Of a DNA stretch of 64,000 bases, positions 38,259 through 50,468 are shown one piece after another. Source of the stretch: Spongospora subterranea f. sp. subterranea (taxonomy: Eukaryota); contig JAUGWO010000156.1 of the NCBI GenBank assembly GCA_049724395.1, forward strand, positions 124,001 through 188,000, written 5' to 3'. A model generated the notes under the pieces. That model saw only the letters and a list, made by a program, of their open reading frames with translations. It did no database searches and was not told the origin of the DNA. The translations under genes were made by a program, and so were the position numbers. The stretch's first letter is position 1, and each line of letters opens with the position of its first letter.

Positions 38259-39490
38259 ATGATGAACTTGCATTGGCCGCGGCTGGCCCCGGCCCTCCTC
38301 CCGCTTGAGCGCAGATTGCAGACGTTATCAATCCTGATGTGGATGTCGCCTTGGATATTTTCACCGATTATCTCGATCATATGTCTAATGTCATCCAGAC
38401 CGTTTATTCGCTATCCATTCATAGCGTACCTACTGTATATTTTTTTATTCCAGAGTTTTCAACACACTGGGACTCTCCGATCAGCCGCCTTTCGCCGCTG
38501 GATTTTATGGCGGTACTTTGCATCATATTTCCCAATGGCTCTTGTTAAAACTGCAGATTTACCTCCCGATCGCCCTTACATATTTGGTAAACATATTAGG
38601 TTATTCACAAAGGGAGTTTTATGTTGTCTCAGGCTATTCCACCCTCATGGCATCGTGGGCGTTTCTGCATTTGTAACTTTCGCGACGGAGGCTACCTCGT
38701 TTTCTAGTACCTTTCCCGGAATTACAACCCATCTACTTACAATCAGTCAGAGTTTTCGTATGCCTATTCTTTCGCTGGTTTTAGGTGCTCATGGTATATG
38801 CGATGCTAGTCGCCACACTTGCAATACGATTTTGAGTAGAGGCAACGGCCAATCCATCACGTTAGTGATTGGTGGGGCGAGAGAGGTAAACTTCTCCACC
38901 AACGCAAAATCTGCAACGACGCAAGTGTAATCTATTGCATTAGGCTCTTGATGCTAGACCTGGCACGTGCGATTTGACATTGACTAAGCGAAAAGGCTTT
39001 ATCAAGATGGCTATTGAGCACGGCGCATCCCTGGTTCCTGTTTTTGCGTTCGGGGAGACTGATATTTATGACCAAGTGAACAATCCCAGGGGATCATTCC
39101 TTCGAAAATGGCAGGAATTCTTTTTGCAAAGGTTTGGTTTCACATTTCCCATTGTCAAAGGTATGCGAAACATTTGCAATCACACTGATATGCGCTAACA
39201 GAATCTGTCAGGTCGCGGAATATTCAATTACGATTTTGGACTCCTGCCTCGAAGGCGGCCTATTGTCACTGTCATCGGAGAACCTATTCATGTTGAAAAG
39301 GTTAACATTAATGCCCATTCGACAGGAGTCGTGCTTAATCTGCTTGTTATAGTTCCCCCGCGGTGAAATTACACTAGAAATGGTTGACTCGCTACATTAT
39401 AAATATGTCGACTCCCTAAAAACGTTATATAACACGTACAAATCGAGTTATGCGCCGTCTAATGAAGCATGTTTTCGGCTCATTGAATAA
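38259..39490 (+). CDS. DGAT2: Diacylglycerol O-acyltransferase 2 family
   Basis: [78 protein letters not shown]. Confidence 0.93.
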
Positions 39491-39789
39491 ACCATTCCTC
39501 TGCGTTCCATCACACCGGGAAACAGCGACCGGTCGAAAATCAGGCGCTAACATTACAAGTTCCACAGGTCATCACTTATCAGGTTTCAATTGGCCAAGAA
39601 TGTGCTCGCATATGTGTTTCAGCCTTGCAATATTGGGTCCGATATGCTAGACACCATCTTGTCACAGGATTAGACATGTTTTGGCTTCGAGAACAATAAA
39701 CACTGTTTATATGCCTGGCAGTGGCATCAGACAGCCACATCGGTCAATTGTTACTGGCTTGGCTGGACATCTTGCCAAATTATCTAAGC

Positions 39790-40311
39790 ATGAAAGGCAA
39801 GGGCGGTCCTGAGAACGCCCGAACGTCGCAACCTTCGTCAATGGATTCCAGCGATTTTTCTCGAATTACTGGTAATGAAGCAAGGATTGTTCAGTCCGGA
39901 AGATTTCAGATTTCAGAATTGACTGCAGGTAAGGAAGGGATTTTAGGTGTTAGTGAATACAATAGCTCAATGTCGAACATGATCAGAATCAACCAGGACT
40001 GCTTCTCAGCCTCCACAGGCCGTTGCCGCGTCGGGGAGATTCCAGATCGCTGATATTGGTTCTTCATCATCCTTATCAACGGAAGGAGGTCAGCCAGTTT
40101 TAGCTGGCACACAAAGCAGAAGAGGATCGCAAACCAGCGACCCATTACAACTTCTCGTAAGTCTTATGGTAAAAGCATCTCCTATTCCACACTGAGTTCC
40201 GTATAGTCCATGCTACATTATCGGGTTCGATGCCTGATGGAAGAAAACCGTAAATTAAAGGAAGATAATGCAGAATTGCGGAAAGATTTGCGGGACCGTC
40301 CTGCTAGATAA
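39790..40311 (+). CDS. Small disordered protein with two SGRFQI motifs and a C-terminal leucine zipper
   Basis: Spliced model (introns about 39929-39985 and 40157-40206): ..SGRFQISELT..SGRFQIADIG..DPLQLLSMLHYRVRCLMEENRKLKEDNAELRKDLRDR. Confidence 0.6.
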
Positions 40312-41001
40312 ATTAATTATTGTACAGTACACATGAATGCGATATGGGATCATGTTTCAGACGGTCAATGAATCAAACGGGTTGACGGTTAATTCAAGTT
40401 TCTCAAACAAATACGCAATTTGATCAATCATTATACCGATACGTCGATCTAGGGAACAGTTCGCATTTACGATTGTGCCATTGCGTTTAAGTTTGCTTTA
40501 CATGGCGTTCATTTTCACAATTTTCCAGACAAGATGCAATGCTTTTATAAATCAGTGTTTAAGCAGCCCAATATGAAATATGGATCGGATTAAGTTTAAC
40601 AAGCGTCAAGATTTTTGAGTTGGGATTGGGGGTCGAGGAAGTTGGTGCTATATTTGGTTGCCTTTCAACCCCACAAGCCATAGATGGACCCAGGTAACAG
40701 AAACTGGCCAGGTCATACCGGTTCGCGATACAGTTAGCCCCACCCGACGTCAGACAGGAGAAGAATGGGACGAGCGCCTCCATGGGTTTCCGCCACTCCG
40801 TGCTCTTCCTGACTGAGGTCTGTACATTTGAACAGTGTTGGCTCAACTCTGGGGGTAAGCCACAGCCCCGGCCTGCATGACGGTTGGCACGTTATGGATA
40901 TTGTTAATATCATGTTACCCCCCCTCCATGAGGTAAAGTATAGTGTGCCATAGCAGGCATATTATCCAAACTTATAAACACGCTGATAAGAAGGTATCTC
41001 G

Positions 41002-41559
41002 ATGATTGACGAGACGGTGACGGACGAGGGGCGCCGATCTGATTCACCCACAGATCAACTCAAAGGGGGTCGGTTAAGATGGACCGCACATGACGTCATG
41101 AATCTGATGACTGGAGTCTCTCAATATGGTCATGCATGGTCGACAATCATCAAGCGTTACGATTTTAGGGGTCGCAACGCTAAAGCTATATCCGACAAGT
41201 TTTACTCCATCGCTGGAAAAGGTGACAGAAGAACAGTCTATTCTAAGGAAGAAGAAGAGCGGTTGATTCAGGGCGTGAAAAGGTTCGGGTGCAGAAGTTG
41301 GAGGAGAATCTCTCAAATTGGTGAAGAAGAAGGACACTCAGCTAAAAGGATACGATCCGAGCACAGTGACTGTACAAGCAAAACTAGGCAATACGAGGGA
41401 GAGGATTCAGACGACGATGACGAAAGTGAAGAAGGTCATCATGGAGAGAGTAGGTTGATGAAATTCCCAAGGTTCCAGTCTCTGCTCCTTGCTGTTGCTG
41501 CTGATCAGATCAACCGTCAATCACAAAAAAGACATTACGGAGCGTTTACGGCCGCATGA
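41002..41559 (+). CDS. Myb/SANT (telobox-like) domain protein
   Basis: RLRWTAHDVMNLMTGVSQYGHAWSTIIKRYDFRGRNAKAISDKF, plus a second truncated repeat YSKEEEERLIQGVKRFGCRSWRRI and an acidic tract. Confidence 0.72.
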   Translation: MIDETVTDEGRRSDSPTDQLKGGRLRWTAHDVMNLMTGVSQYGHAWSTIIKRYDFRGRNAKAISDKFYSIAGKGDRRTVYSKEEEERLIQGVKRFGCRSWRRISQIGEEEGHSAKRIRSEHSDCTSKTRQYEGEDSDDDDESEEGHHGESRLMKFPRFQSLLLAVAADQINRQSQKRHYGAFTAA

Positions 41560-41920
41560 ACATATTGTCCATGTATATTGTATCGATGGGTGTCATCAAA
41601 ATAATGCACTTTCATCAAATTAATATAAGTTTAATCACATGTTTAAAACCAGTATTTGTAGTTGCAGTTCTCAACGTAGTTTTCGAGCTGTCATAGCGAG
41701 GCATTATTTTTTCGCTATAGGATATTCTGGTAAAAAGCAAAGTCTACCACTTGAAAAAATGACTCTCTTTTGTGTCACGAACGTATGCTACGATTATCAT
41801 GACTTCCGTAAAGGCTCTCTGCGGAGAGTTCAGCCCATGTATGCCGTACGGCGTCCGTATGCTGCGAGTTACTGTGAATTTGTGTGGATTGCTTAGATCT
41901 GTCATCAGCATTCTTTAAAC

Positions 41921-42198
41921 ATGTCTGGACCCGAAAATTGACGAACGTCAACAGCGAGAACTGCAACAGTTTTTGATGGAGCAGCAGCAGCAGCAAGCAA
42001 TGCAGCAAATTATTAGCAATATCACAGACATTTGCACTGAGGCGTGCAGCAAGGCATGGGGCAAGAAATGTCTTACTCAATGCACTTTGAGATATTTAGA
42101 TACAAGGTCAGCATTCCTTGTGAGAGCATATGAACACATCGTTTTGATTTTTTTATAGCGCGTTTGTAATGGATCGGTTGGTCAAGAAAGGGACTTGA
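41921..42198 (+). CDS. TIM8: Mitochondrial small Tim chaperone (Tim8-like), with a +1 frame break just after the ATG
   Basis: IDERQQRELQQFLMEQQQQQAMQQIISNITDICTEAC..KCLTQCTLRYLDT|SAFVMDRL; twin CX3C motif; intron about 42107-42158. Confidence 0.8.
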
Positions 42199-42234
42199 TA
42201 TTTGATTTACATTAACAAGTATGGATAATACATG

Positions 42235-42269
42235 ACAGGGGGTCGGGGGTCGGGGTTCCCCCCCCCCCC
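42235..42269. repeat. G-run/C-run tract (GGGGGTC repeats followed by a C homopolymer)
   Basis: caggggggtcgggggtcggggttcccccccccccc-like tract read directly; could fold back on itself. Confidence 0.45.
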
Positions 42270-42498
42270 ATATTATATGATGGTATGCTCATGACTAGGG
42301 TATCGTGTCGACATAATAGCGTTGACTCTGGAGCGGCCTTCCTTATCTTCTGTATTTACAATACCACAGATCTATAGCTGGAGTGATTCTCCAATAATTC
42401 CATTCAATGTCGGATCTGATTACCATAATGTAAATGATCTGATCCTACGATCGCAGCGGATTGTCGAAAATCTCAACGTCGGTAAACCTCGGTCGGTG

Positions 42499-45313
42499 AT
42501 GGCTGGCCGATTGTTTTCCCGCCAGAAATTATCGTACAAATTTGAAATCCATGATCTAACGCTGTTGGTTAGCGAATCCTCGGAGCTTACAGGGGTAGTC
42601 GCTGTTTGGAAATCTGGCCAACATTCGTCATCATCGCCATTGTTAATATTATCGGGCGGAAAATTCCGTATTGCTCAACCCCTCAGTATTACTTGCTCTA
42701 TCAAAAAAGGGAAGGCGAAACCGTCGTCGCTCAGTTTTCAATATCAACGACCCAAAGATGGCGCTGTCAAGTTATTCGGAAAGGCTAGGATTGATTTACG
42801 CTCCTTATGCACATCATCATCTATTGACGCCCAAACGTTAGCTGTCCGGGATTTTCAACTTCAGGATTGCAAAGATAATGAGGCAATTGCCAAGGTCAGA
42901 ATCGCGGTGACGCGAAGTAGTGAAGATTTAGACAGCGATCAACAGCAAGAGTTTGATATAGCCAACATCTTCAATGACGATAAGGAGTACGTTAGTGCGA
43001 CGAAGATAGGCGCTGACGACGTTTTCAATACCCAGAACGAATCGCTATCAAAACACGTGAAGGATTTAGAGAAACAACTATCTAATGAACGTGTTACGAA
43101 GGAAGAGTTGATAAAGCAGGTTGATGATCTAACCGCCAGGCTGTTCCAAGAAACAATACGTTATGAAGATGAATTGGCAAAGAGAGACGGGCAAGGGAAG
43201 TTGCAACTTCAGTCAACAATTTCTACGTTGCAAGAATCTGCAAACAAGGAGATTCAGTTGCTGAAACAAGAAAATCGTGATCGAAAGGTACGTTCGGAGG
43301 CAAGAGAGTCACTGTTGCAGCGAGAGATTGAACAGATTCGAACCGACTTTGAATCTAAGGCTAGATCGAACAAAATCGACCGACAAAAAGAAGAAGAGCT
43401 CAACAAAGTCAAACAAGAGTTAGATTTGACAAAGCAACAACTGCAGACGTCACAACAAGAACTGATTCTGGCTAGGTCAAATATGGGCAAAGTAAAAGAT
43501 CAGTCCCGAGACATTGACAGGGGGAAGTTCGCGAACCCAGCGTTAACAAGAAACGAACCATCATTGCAGGACGCGAAACACGACGATTGAACCCGAACAT
43601 GCGAAGAAAAAAGAAGACCCAGTCGATTTGGCTCTTTTGGAAAAAATTGTTATGGCCATGAAGGTCAGCGTTGATGGTGTAGTTGATAGACAACGGGTTC
43701 GTGTCATTGCTGAAGACGCAGCTCGAAAAGTCGGGAAGCTGAAGTCTGAAGCTGCTTTGAATACTGCCCAAACAGCGCAACCAAAGGAGAGCGCCGATGA
43801 GAAATTGTCAGCTTTAAAGAACGAACTTAAGCTAGCACAGGAAGATGCTGCTACTCAATCAAAGAAAGCCAGAATGGCTGAGAATGCTAAACTGATGGCT
43901 TCCAAGCAGTTCGAGCTTGAAAAAAAATGGCGAGAGACGCTGCAAAAACAGATCGAGGCTGGGGGAGGTGCGGTAATAACTGATGTTCCCGCACCACAAT
44001 CTGGGAAGGAATCATTGCAAGCAGCAGAGAAGGAACGATATGAAGAGGCACTTGCCACCGCCAATGCGGAAATATCGCAGCTGAAGGCGTCGTTAAAGGA
44101 AGTCGACAAGGCAAAAACTGAAGCTATCAAAACTATGGAAAGACGGATCACCGAGCTAAATGACAATCAACCCGCCAGGAACGCCTCTCAAGGCGATGGC
44201 AGCGTCACCCAAGCTACCGCCCAACAACAAGCTAATGACGAGTTGAGAGTTGAGATTTCGAAGGCGAGAAATGCACTTTATAAGGTGCAGGCTGAACTAG
44301 ATCAAATCGGACAAGAAAGAGATCTCATTCAGACTCAGAATCGCAAAAGGCAAAGCGAGTTGGATATGGCGCTCAAACTAGTGGAAGTAGAGAAAAAGTG
44401 GAAAGAACAGCTTCAGCGTCAGCTAGATGAAATTGCTGCGAACGACAAATTTTTAGAAAGCGATTTAACTGATTCGAAACGTCGACTCAATGACACGGCA
44501 GAAGAGTTGGACCGCACCAAACAACAAATTACGGATTTAAAGCAACAGCTTGAGGCTAGTCGAGCAACCGCAAGCAGTGTGCAACCAGCAGAGATGGTTA
44601 TGGCTATCAAGAAAGAGCGAGATTTGCTTGTTGACAGAGCGAATATAGCGGAGAAGAGTAATCGCGAATTACAGTCAAAGATTGACGCTGCAAATCTACA
44701 GCTGCAACAGCTGACCGCTGTCGTCGATAGCCTGAAAGAAGAAAATAGAAATGTGTCGCAAGATTCAAGACGGTCTGCCGAGAAGTCCAACGCGCATGTC
44801 GCCCTGGAAATTCAATCGGGATCATCTCAAGCTCCTCGGTCGCCTAAAGCCATGGATAAAGTATGGGAAAGGCGCGCTAAGGATGCGGAAGAAATGCTCA
44901 AGATGGCGCAATCATCGTTCGCCGAGACTACCAAGATTCTGGAGGAACGGAGCGCCATCCTTGACGAGGAGCTTATCGAGACGCGGCAGCGCCTTTGCGC
45001 CTTGTCTGACGAGTTGATTAAGCGCGATGAACAAATCGATTCGTTGAAAGGCAAACTTCAAGAAGGGTTCAGGGAAAGGTTAGGCATGACCGATTACATG
45101 AATGAACTCGAGATAGATTTGGCCAATAATAAGGCTAGGTTCGTTGACACAGTCGATGAGCTCAGCAACCTTGAAAATGAGAATTTCCGCCTTCGCGACA
45201 AGTTGAGCCATTTGGGTGTGAAATTATCGCCGCCAAGCCCGTTCCCACCCAAGATTTGCTTCCGAAAAAGACAAGAGTTCACAGCTTCCGTAAAAGTATT
45301 TTCCATTGTATAG
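42499..45313 (+). CDS. NT-type C2 domain protein with long coiled coil; two ORFs joined by an intron or frame break at about 43476-43590
   Basis: MAGRLFSRQKLSYKFEIHDL..VAVWKSG..KLFGKARIDL resembles the EEIG1/EHBP1 NT-C2 domain, followed by several hundred aa of heptad-rich sequence. Confidence 0.75.
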
Positions 45314-45365
45314 CTTTACCTATCGTATAAAATCAAAAAAAAACATTGGTGTATTGAGCAGTGAT

Positions 45366-46085
45366 TTATTGTATTGGGCGCATAACGTCCAGGACTATTG
45401 AGATATTGATATTATCGTAGCCTTGCGTTCTGTGCTCATCGCACCGAATCTCGATCTGTCTTAGTTTTTCGTAATACCAATCCCTCTCTTTCAGGACGGC
45501 GTCCAGCTCAGAATTGTCTGGAACTGATTTATCTTGCCCGATCGTTGGTTTAGCCATTTGGGTCAACGACCCTCGACCTTGAGCCAGCCGTCTACTTCTG
45601 GCTCGATAACGACTTTGCCACCGCCGAACGGCAGTATCCCGCTCCTTAACGGCGTTGTATGGTCGGATCAATGGCGAGTATTTTTGCAGCCAGATATGTC
45701 GCAACCATTGAGCCAATGACAAGCTTTCGCTCGTTGACCCACGAACAATCGCCTCGATATCTATCTCTTTGACTAATTTATGGGATCGCAAACACTCCAT
45801 GAATATGCGATAGTTTGATTCTGAATAGGAAACTATCAGGAACAACCAAGAGCGGATGAGATCCGGATGGGAACGATCCTGACCGTATTCATAGGTGTAT
45901 TGTGGGTTCCAATTCACACGATGTAGCGGAAGCGATTCTGGAAATATTGCCGCCATTATCTGACAGGCGATGATCCCGTCTCGAAACTGCTCGATTTGCG
46001 TATATGTTGTGGAAAGGAAGGAATTAGCCCACGCCAGTAGGTCGTTCGCTGAAACAAACGAGCTGGAGGACAGGCTCCCTGACAT
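45366..46085 (-). CDS. EB1: EB1/RP microtubule plus-end binding family protein (divergent)
   Basis: CH domain SANDLLAWAN..IEQFRDGIIACQIM..PLHRVNW..NY..LAQW, and EBH motif LKERDWYYEKLRQIEIRC. Confidence 0.85.
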   Translation of the reverse strand: MSGSLSSSSFVSANDLLAWANSFLSTTYTQIEQFRDGIIACQIMAAIFPESLPLHRVNWNPQYTYEYGQDRSHPDLIRSWLFLIVSYSESNYRIFMECLRSHKLVKEIDIEAIVRGSTSESLSLAQWLRHIWLQKYSPLIRPYNAVKERDTAVRRWQSRYRARSRRLAQGRGSLTQMAKPTIGQDKSVPDNSELDAVLKERDWYYEKLRQIEIRCDEHRTQGYDNINISIVLDVMRPIQ

Positions 46086-46383
46086 CACATCAGCCAAAGA
46101 TCGCGTATGGATGGCGCATATCTACCCATTGACGTCATATTCGGTGTCGAAAGCCCTGGTCCCAATATGATAATTGATGGAGCACCTAACCTGAGGCACG
46201 CGGCTCAAAGATATAACGGGCCCCTCGACAAGATATCACAAGAATAAAAAGGGGCAGGCTTCGTCCATCATCGTCAGCGAATCCTATAGCAATTGAACCA
46301 CGAAACACAACGGAACTATTCTCAAATTCAACATTTTTTTTTATCGATTTCAGAACCAGTGTCGGATCAGGGTATTGCCGATT

Positions 46384-47653
46384 TTACTGCCTTTCCCCTT
46401 TATTGGGAACTCCAGCTTTGGGCATAACTTCGGCCCTGTCGACCATTCGAACAAAGACCTGATCCTGAGGATGGGTTTTGTCCCCTTCTGAATACGTGTA
46501 GCTTGAGGCGATGGCCAGATAGTCGCCCTTGGAGCTGAACGCCAAAGCGCTGATCGAGCTGGGATATGGAGCCAGTTGCCGGATCCGTTTTCGTGCGGCC
46601 CCATCCCAAATATTTACAATATGATCATCGCCTCCGGTGGCAAATGTGCCATATACGGGATTGAACGCAATGCAGTTTACTGGATAAACTAACTGTCGAA
46701 CGATGAATAATTTGGGGCAAGTATGTTCATCAAAACACAGATTGATACCTGTTTACCGAAAGAAGTTGCTCCTCGATGACATTTGAACGCGTATTTGCCC
46801 AGCTGAACTTCTGGATCTGGATTGATATATTCAACGGCAACACGTCCTTCAATTGATGATAGACAGTATCCAGATCCATCGGTCATGGCGGCTAACCCGC
46901 GCGTCTGGTGCCGTAATGACGACTCCCGAACCTAAAACAGCAGCAATATTGGTGGCAAATCAGCCAAACTGGGTGGAGGAACAACCTGCTCAGGAGTGGC
47001 CATGTTCCGGGTGTCGTAGATATGAACCCGGCGATCGGCGGTGGCGATCAGGAGCAGGTACGAATGGGGAACGGCGGCCATGGTATAAATCTTAGAGTGG
47101 AGAGACTGCTGATGGGTTGGCTGTTCGCCAGACCTAACATCATATAGATGGACCGACATGTCCCAAGATGATGTGGCACATAATGATGGAGATGACCACC
47201 ACGTTGGACAGAGGACCTAAACGTGTGTGATTGAGCGATATTCCATCGAGGAACGGCGGCGAGAGCTGATACCTTAGACACAGCTAGGTTGTGACCTTGT
47301 AAGGTCTGAACAGTGTGAGAGGTGTTAAGATCAGTAAGAACCGCACTGCCGTTGATGGCACCTGATATGCATTGATTTCGGCCGCACCATTGACTGGATA
47401 AGAGTGGGCACTGGCATGGATCCACAACCGATAGACATTTCTGAGATCCTATATCATACACTCTCACCGACTATTCACAACCGACGATTAGCGAATCTGG
47501 AACACGAATCGGAATCGTTTGATCTGAAAAGGGCGCACATACGTGATCCCAGGACGACACTAATAAATGATCGTCCCAATCGGCGAACTCCAGCGACGAA
47601 ATCCCATCCGACGGCGGTGACGGAAGCTCAAAATCCGGGCCCTGTCCAGCCAT
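46384..47653 (-). CDS. BUB3: Mitotic checkpoint WD40 protein Bub3
   Basis: [87 protein letters not shown]. Confidence 0.92.
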
Positions 47654-48679
47654 GTGTGTTGGCCAATTGCTAACGTTATTATTGATGGCGCAATCAACGT
47701 CCCTGTCGTCAAATACACCGGATTCACGTTGCGTTCCGGGTCGCGCACAATTATCGATACCACAGACGCACTTTAGTTTACATGTCGCCGATTAAAGTTG
47801 AGGTCGTTTTCTTTGGAGAAAGCGAAATTAGGGGCGAAATCGGTTGTAAAACTGGTGATCGTGATGACTTTCACATTGGGTCATTCTTATCTCGACCCCG
47901 TATTTCTCGCTTGGATTGAACATACGCGCGTTGATTAAGTTGCCTGGCAAATCGCCGTCCGAGGGACAGCATTATTCGCATTGTATAGACTTGGGTTGGC
48001 CCCGAAGATATTGTCAAATAAGTGATAAAACGACCGCTTATCATCTCGGAAACCTGATCGATCATGATCTGATTTTTAATCCCCGGCATTAATCTCTGTA
48101 GTTCTAAAACTGTAAATCACTGCCAATCCAACCGTGTTTTGCGCCCGATCTATGGCAAGCACCAAATCAAATATAGTGTGGTGTTCAAGATATGATAGAT
48201 AAAGAGGGGCATTGCCTTGTTACCCACCGATATCCAAGAAATGTTGAGAAGATTCAGCACCCACAGGGTCAATACAATACCAATATCGCGATATCAATAT
48301 ACCCGATCGGAGACCAAACCCATCAGCACTCTTAACACGGTTGATTGAACGAGAATTCATGACGATCTTTTATAGGGCTGCCAATCAGGTTGGCAAAATA
48401 AATATTTAATAGCTGAGAGTGATATATTTGGGGGTTTAGGCAATAATTGAGGGGAATTGAGTAGCTCGTTCCCTCAACCAAAACCTGAACTTCCCACCGA
48501 GGGATCAGGTGATCAACGCGCCGTTGAAATCTCCACAAAAACACGCTCGTAGTTGACTAAAACGGGTGGGTTTTCACCTGGTAGTGCCGCTCCACCGGGT
48601 CATCATTGGACGATGTCGCCATCCCCCTGGCGCCCCCGCCCGGAGTTTTCGACTCCCAGGGCGATTTCCAGGTGGGAAA

Positions 48680-50468
48680 ATGGCGACAACAGCTGCAGTC
48701 CTGTCGTCCACATCTCGTGCACAATGGGCTCATCTCAACTCATTACGCCAATGCCGATCCCTCGATCAATTCTCCGACCTGGTTATGAGCGCCGATCGCG
48801 ATGGCCTAGCGCCGTCGTTCAATTCAGAAACGATCGCCACGACATGTTGGGAATCCGAATACCGTTTTTCTATCGATCTTGGCCGAATCTCTGATCACAA
48901 TTCCCTGTTATAGGTCAAGCGCTAATACAATATAAGAACCCATCTGGCCCTCTTCTCAATACTTTACGGAAATGGTCAACGGCGTCCATCCGAAACCAAA
49001 TATCGCCATCAGCCGCCTCAAAATTCCTCCAATCCAGCGCCATCTTCGCTTCGGACCCCAATTACGCCCCGATCATGAACAAGCTCATCGATAGATTCCG
49101 TCAGGGTTTATCCGATTGCAGTCCCGGCGGGATCGTTGGCGGCTGTTTATCGATCGCATCGGCGGCCGAGCTGGAAATCGACCCCGAACTGTGGGGCGAT
49201 ATCGCCGATCATATCGACCGGACCCACCTCGTCTCGCAGCTATCGCTCTCGCAGATGACGAAACTGGCCGGGGCGATAACGCGCTCCAATCTCCATATTC
49301 GCCATCCGAATCTGATGGCCAAGACCATGATCCCAATGTCGCTACGATTGAAGACCGTCACGTCCGATGAACTGGGCTCGTTGTCAATGGGAAGATGTGC
49401 TGAGTTGGTCTGGTCGTTCAGTAAAGGGGCTGTTTTACCCAAGGTATCTCCTCTCGTAGTTCAATTCGTTTTATCGAGGTTTCCGCAATGCGATTTTGTT
49501 TTGACGCAAATGTGTTGGACATAGGAGTGGAGTGAGAACATTTTGTGCCCGAGATTGATGGACGATATGGGAGGGATGACGACCAAGAACCTATCACAGA
49601 TCATATGTGCAATGGCCCATTCTGCCATCTGCCCATCTGCCTTGTTCTCAACCCTTGAACGGCGTCTACACCTGTCAGATCCCATTTGCGCCTATCTCCA
49701 CCGCCCATTCACTCCTTTTCCCTCTCCAGTGACGATATTGATCGGGTTTTGTGCTCGGGAGTCTATTCCCAGCAATCGCTGGCGAATCTGTGTTGGTCTT
49801 TAGCTGTTGCCAGAAGGCCAACACAGCTCCCAAGTCTCTTCTCAGCTCTAGTCAAATCACATTCCAGTAAATCTCTTCTCATCACGTTCATTCGGAGTCC
49901 TAAATCCGACTCCATTTTTGTTCAGGTTTTGGGCCGCGCGAGCTTGCTCAGGTGCATTTGGCGTTCGAATGGGCGGATCGATTCCACCTGAGATCGATTG
50001 AAACGGCGATGATTATTCCGAAAGTGCCCGAAATGAGGGCCGAAGCGCGACGAATCTTCACGAGCACTGATCCAATTCGATCAGCAACATCAGATTTTCA
50101 CGAATCCGTTGTGTCCGCGGCGAAGCAGGTCAAATACGTCGATGTTTCGATAGTTTCGGGGACTGAACGACTGTCCCCCATAGTTATGGCCCAATATTCA
50201 GACGGAAGTTCAATGCCCAAAATCTGGATATTGGCTGGATATGGTGAATCCCGACAAGAATGACGTGTGGGAGATCAACGGTCCTCAGCATTATTGCCGA
50301 TTATCGTCCCGGGCCAGGGGAGCGACCCTGTTGAAAGCGTCAATCGTCAGGAAATCGGGCTGGAATCTGCGCTCGATCCCGTTCTACGAGTGGACATTCG
50401 GCCCTGGCAATATCGACGCCCATGTCGGTTACCTTAGAGTTAAGAATATGGGAAAGGAATATACATAA
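48680..50468 (+). CDS. RAP-domain (FASTK-like) helical-repeat RNA-binding protein
   Basis: Helical repeats (CAELVWSFSK, NLSQIICAMA, SLANLCWSLA) and C-terminal RAP motif SDFHESV..LDMV..WEINGPQHY..TLLK..GWNLRSIPFYEW. Start is uncertain. Confidence 0.82.

Noticed and set aside
43476..43590. Frame break in the NT-C2 coiled-coil gene counted as a definite frameshift
   Set aside because: A 94-nt GT-AG intron (43476-43569) would also restore the frame, so the site is ambiguous.
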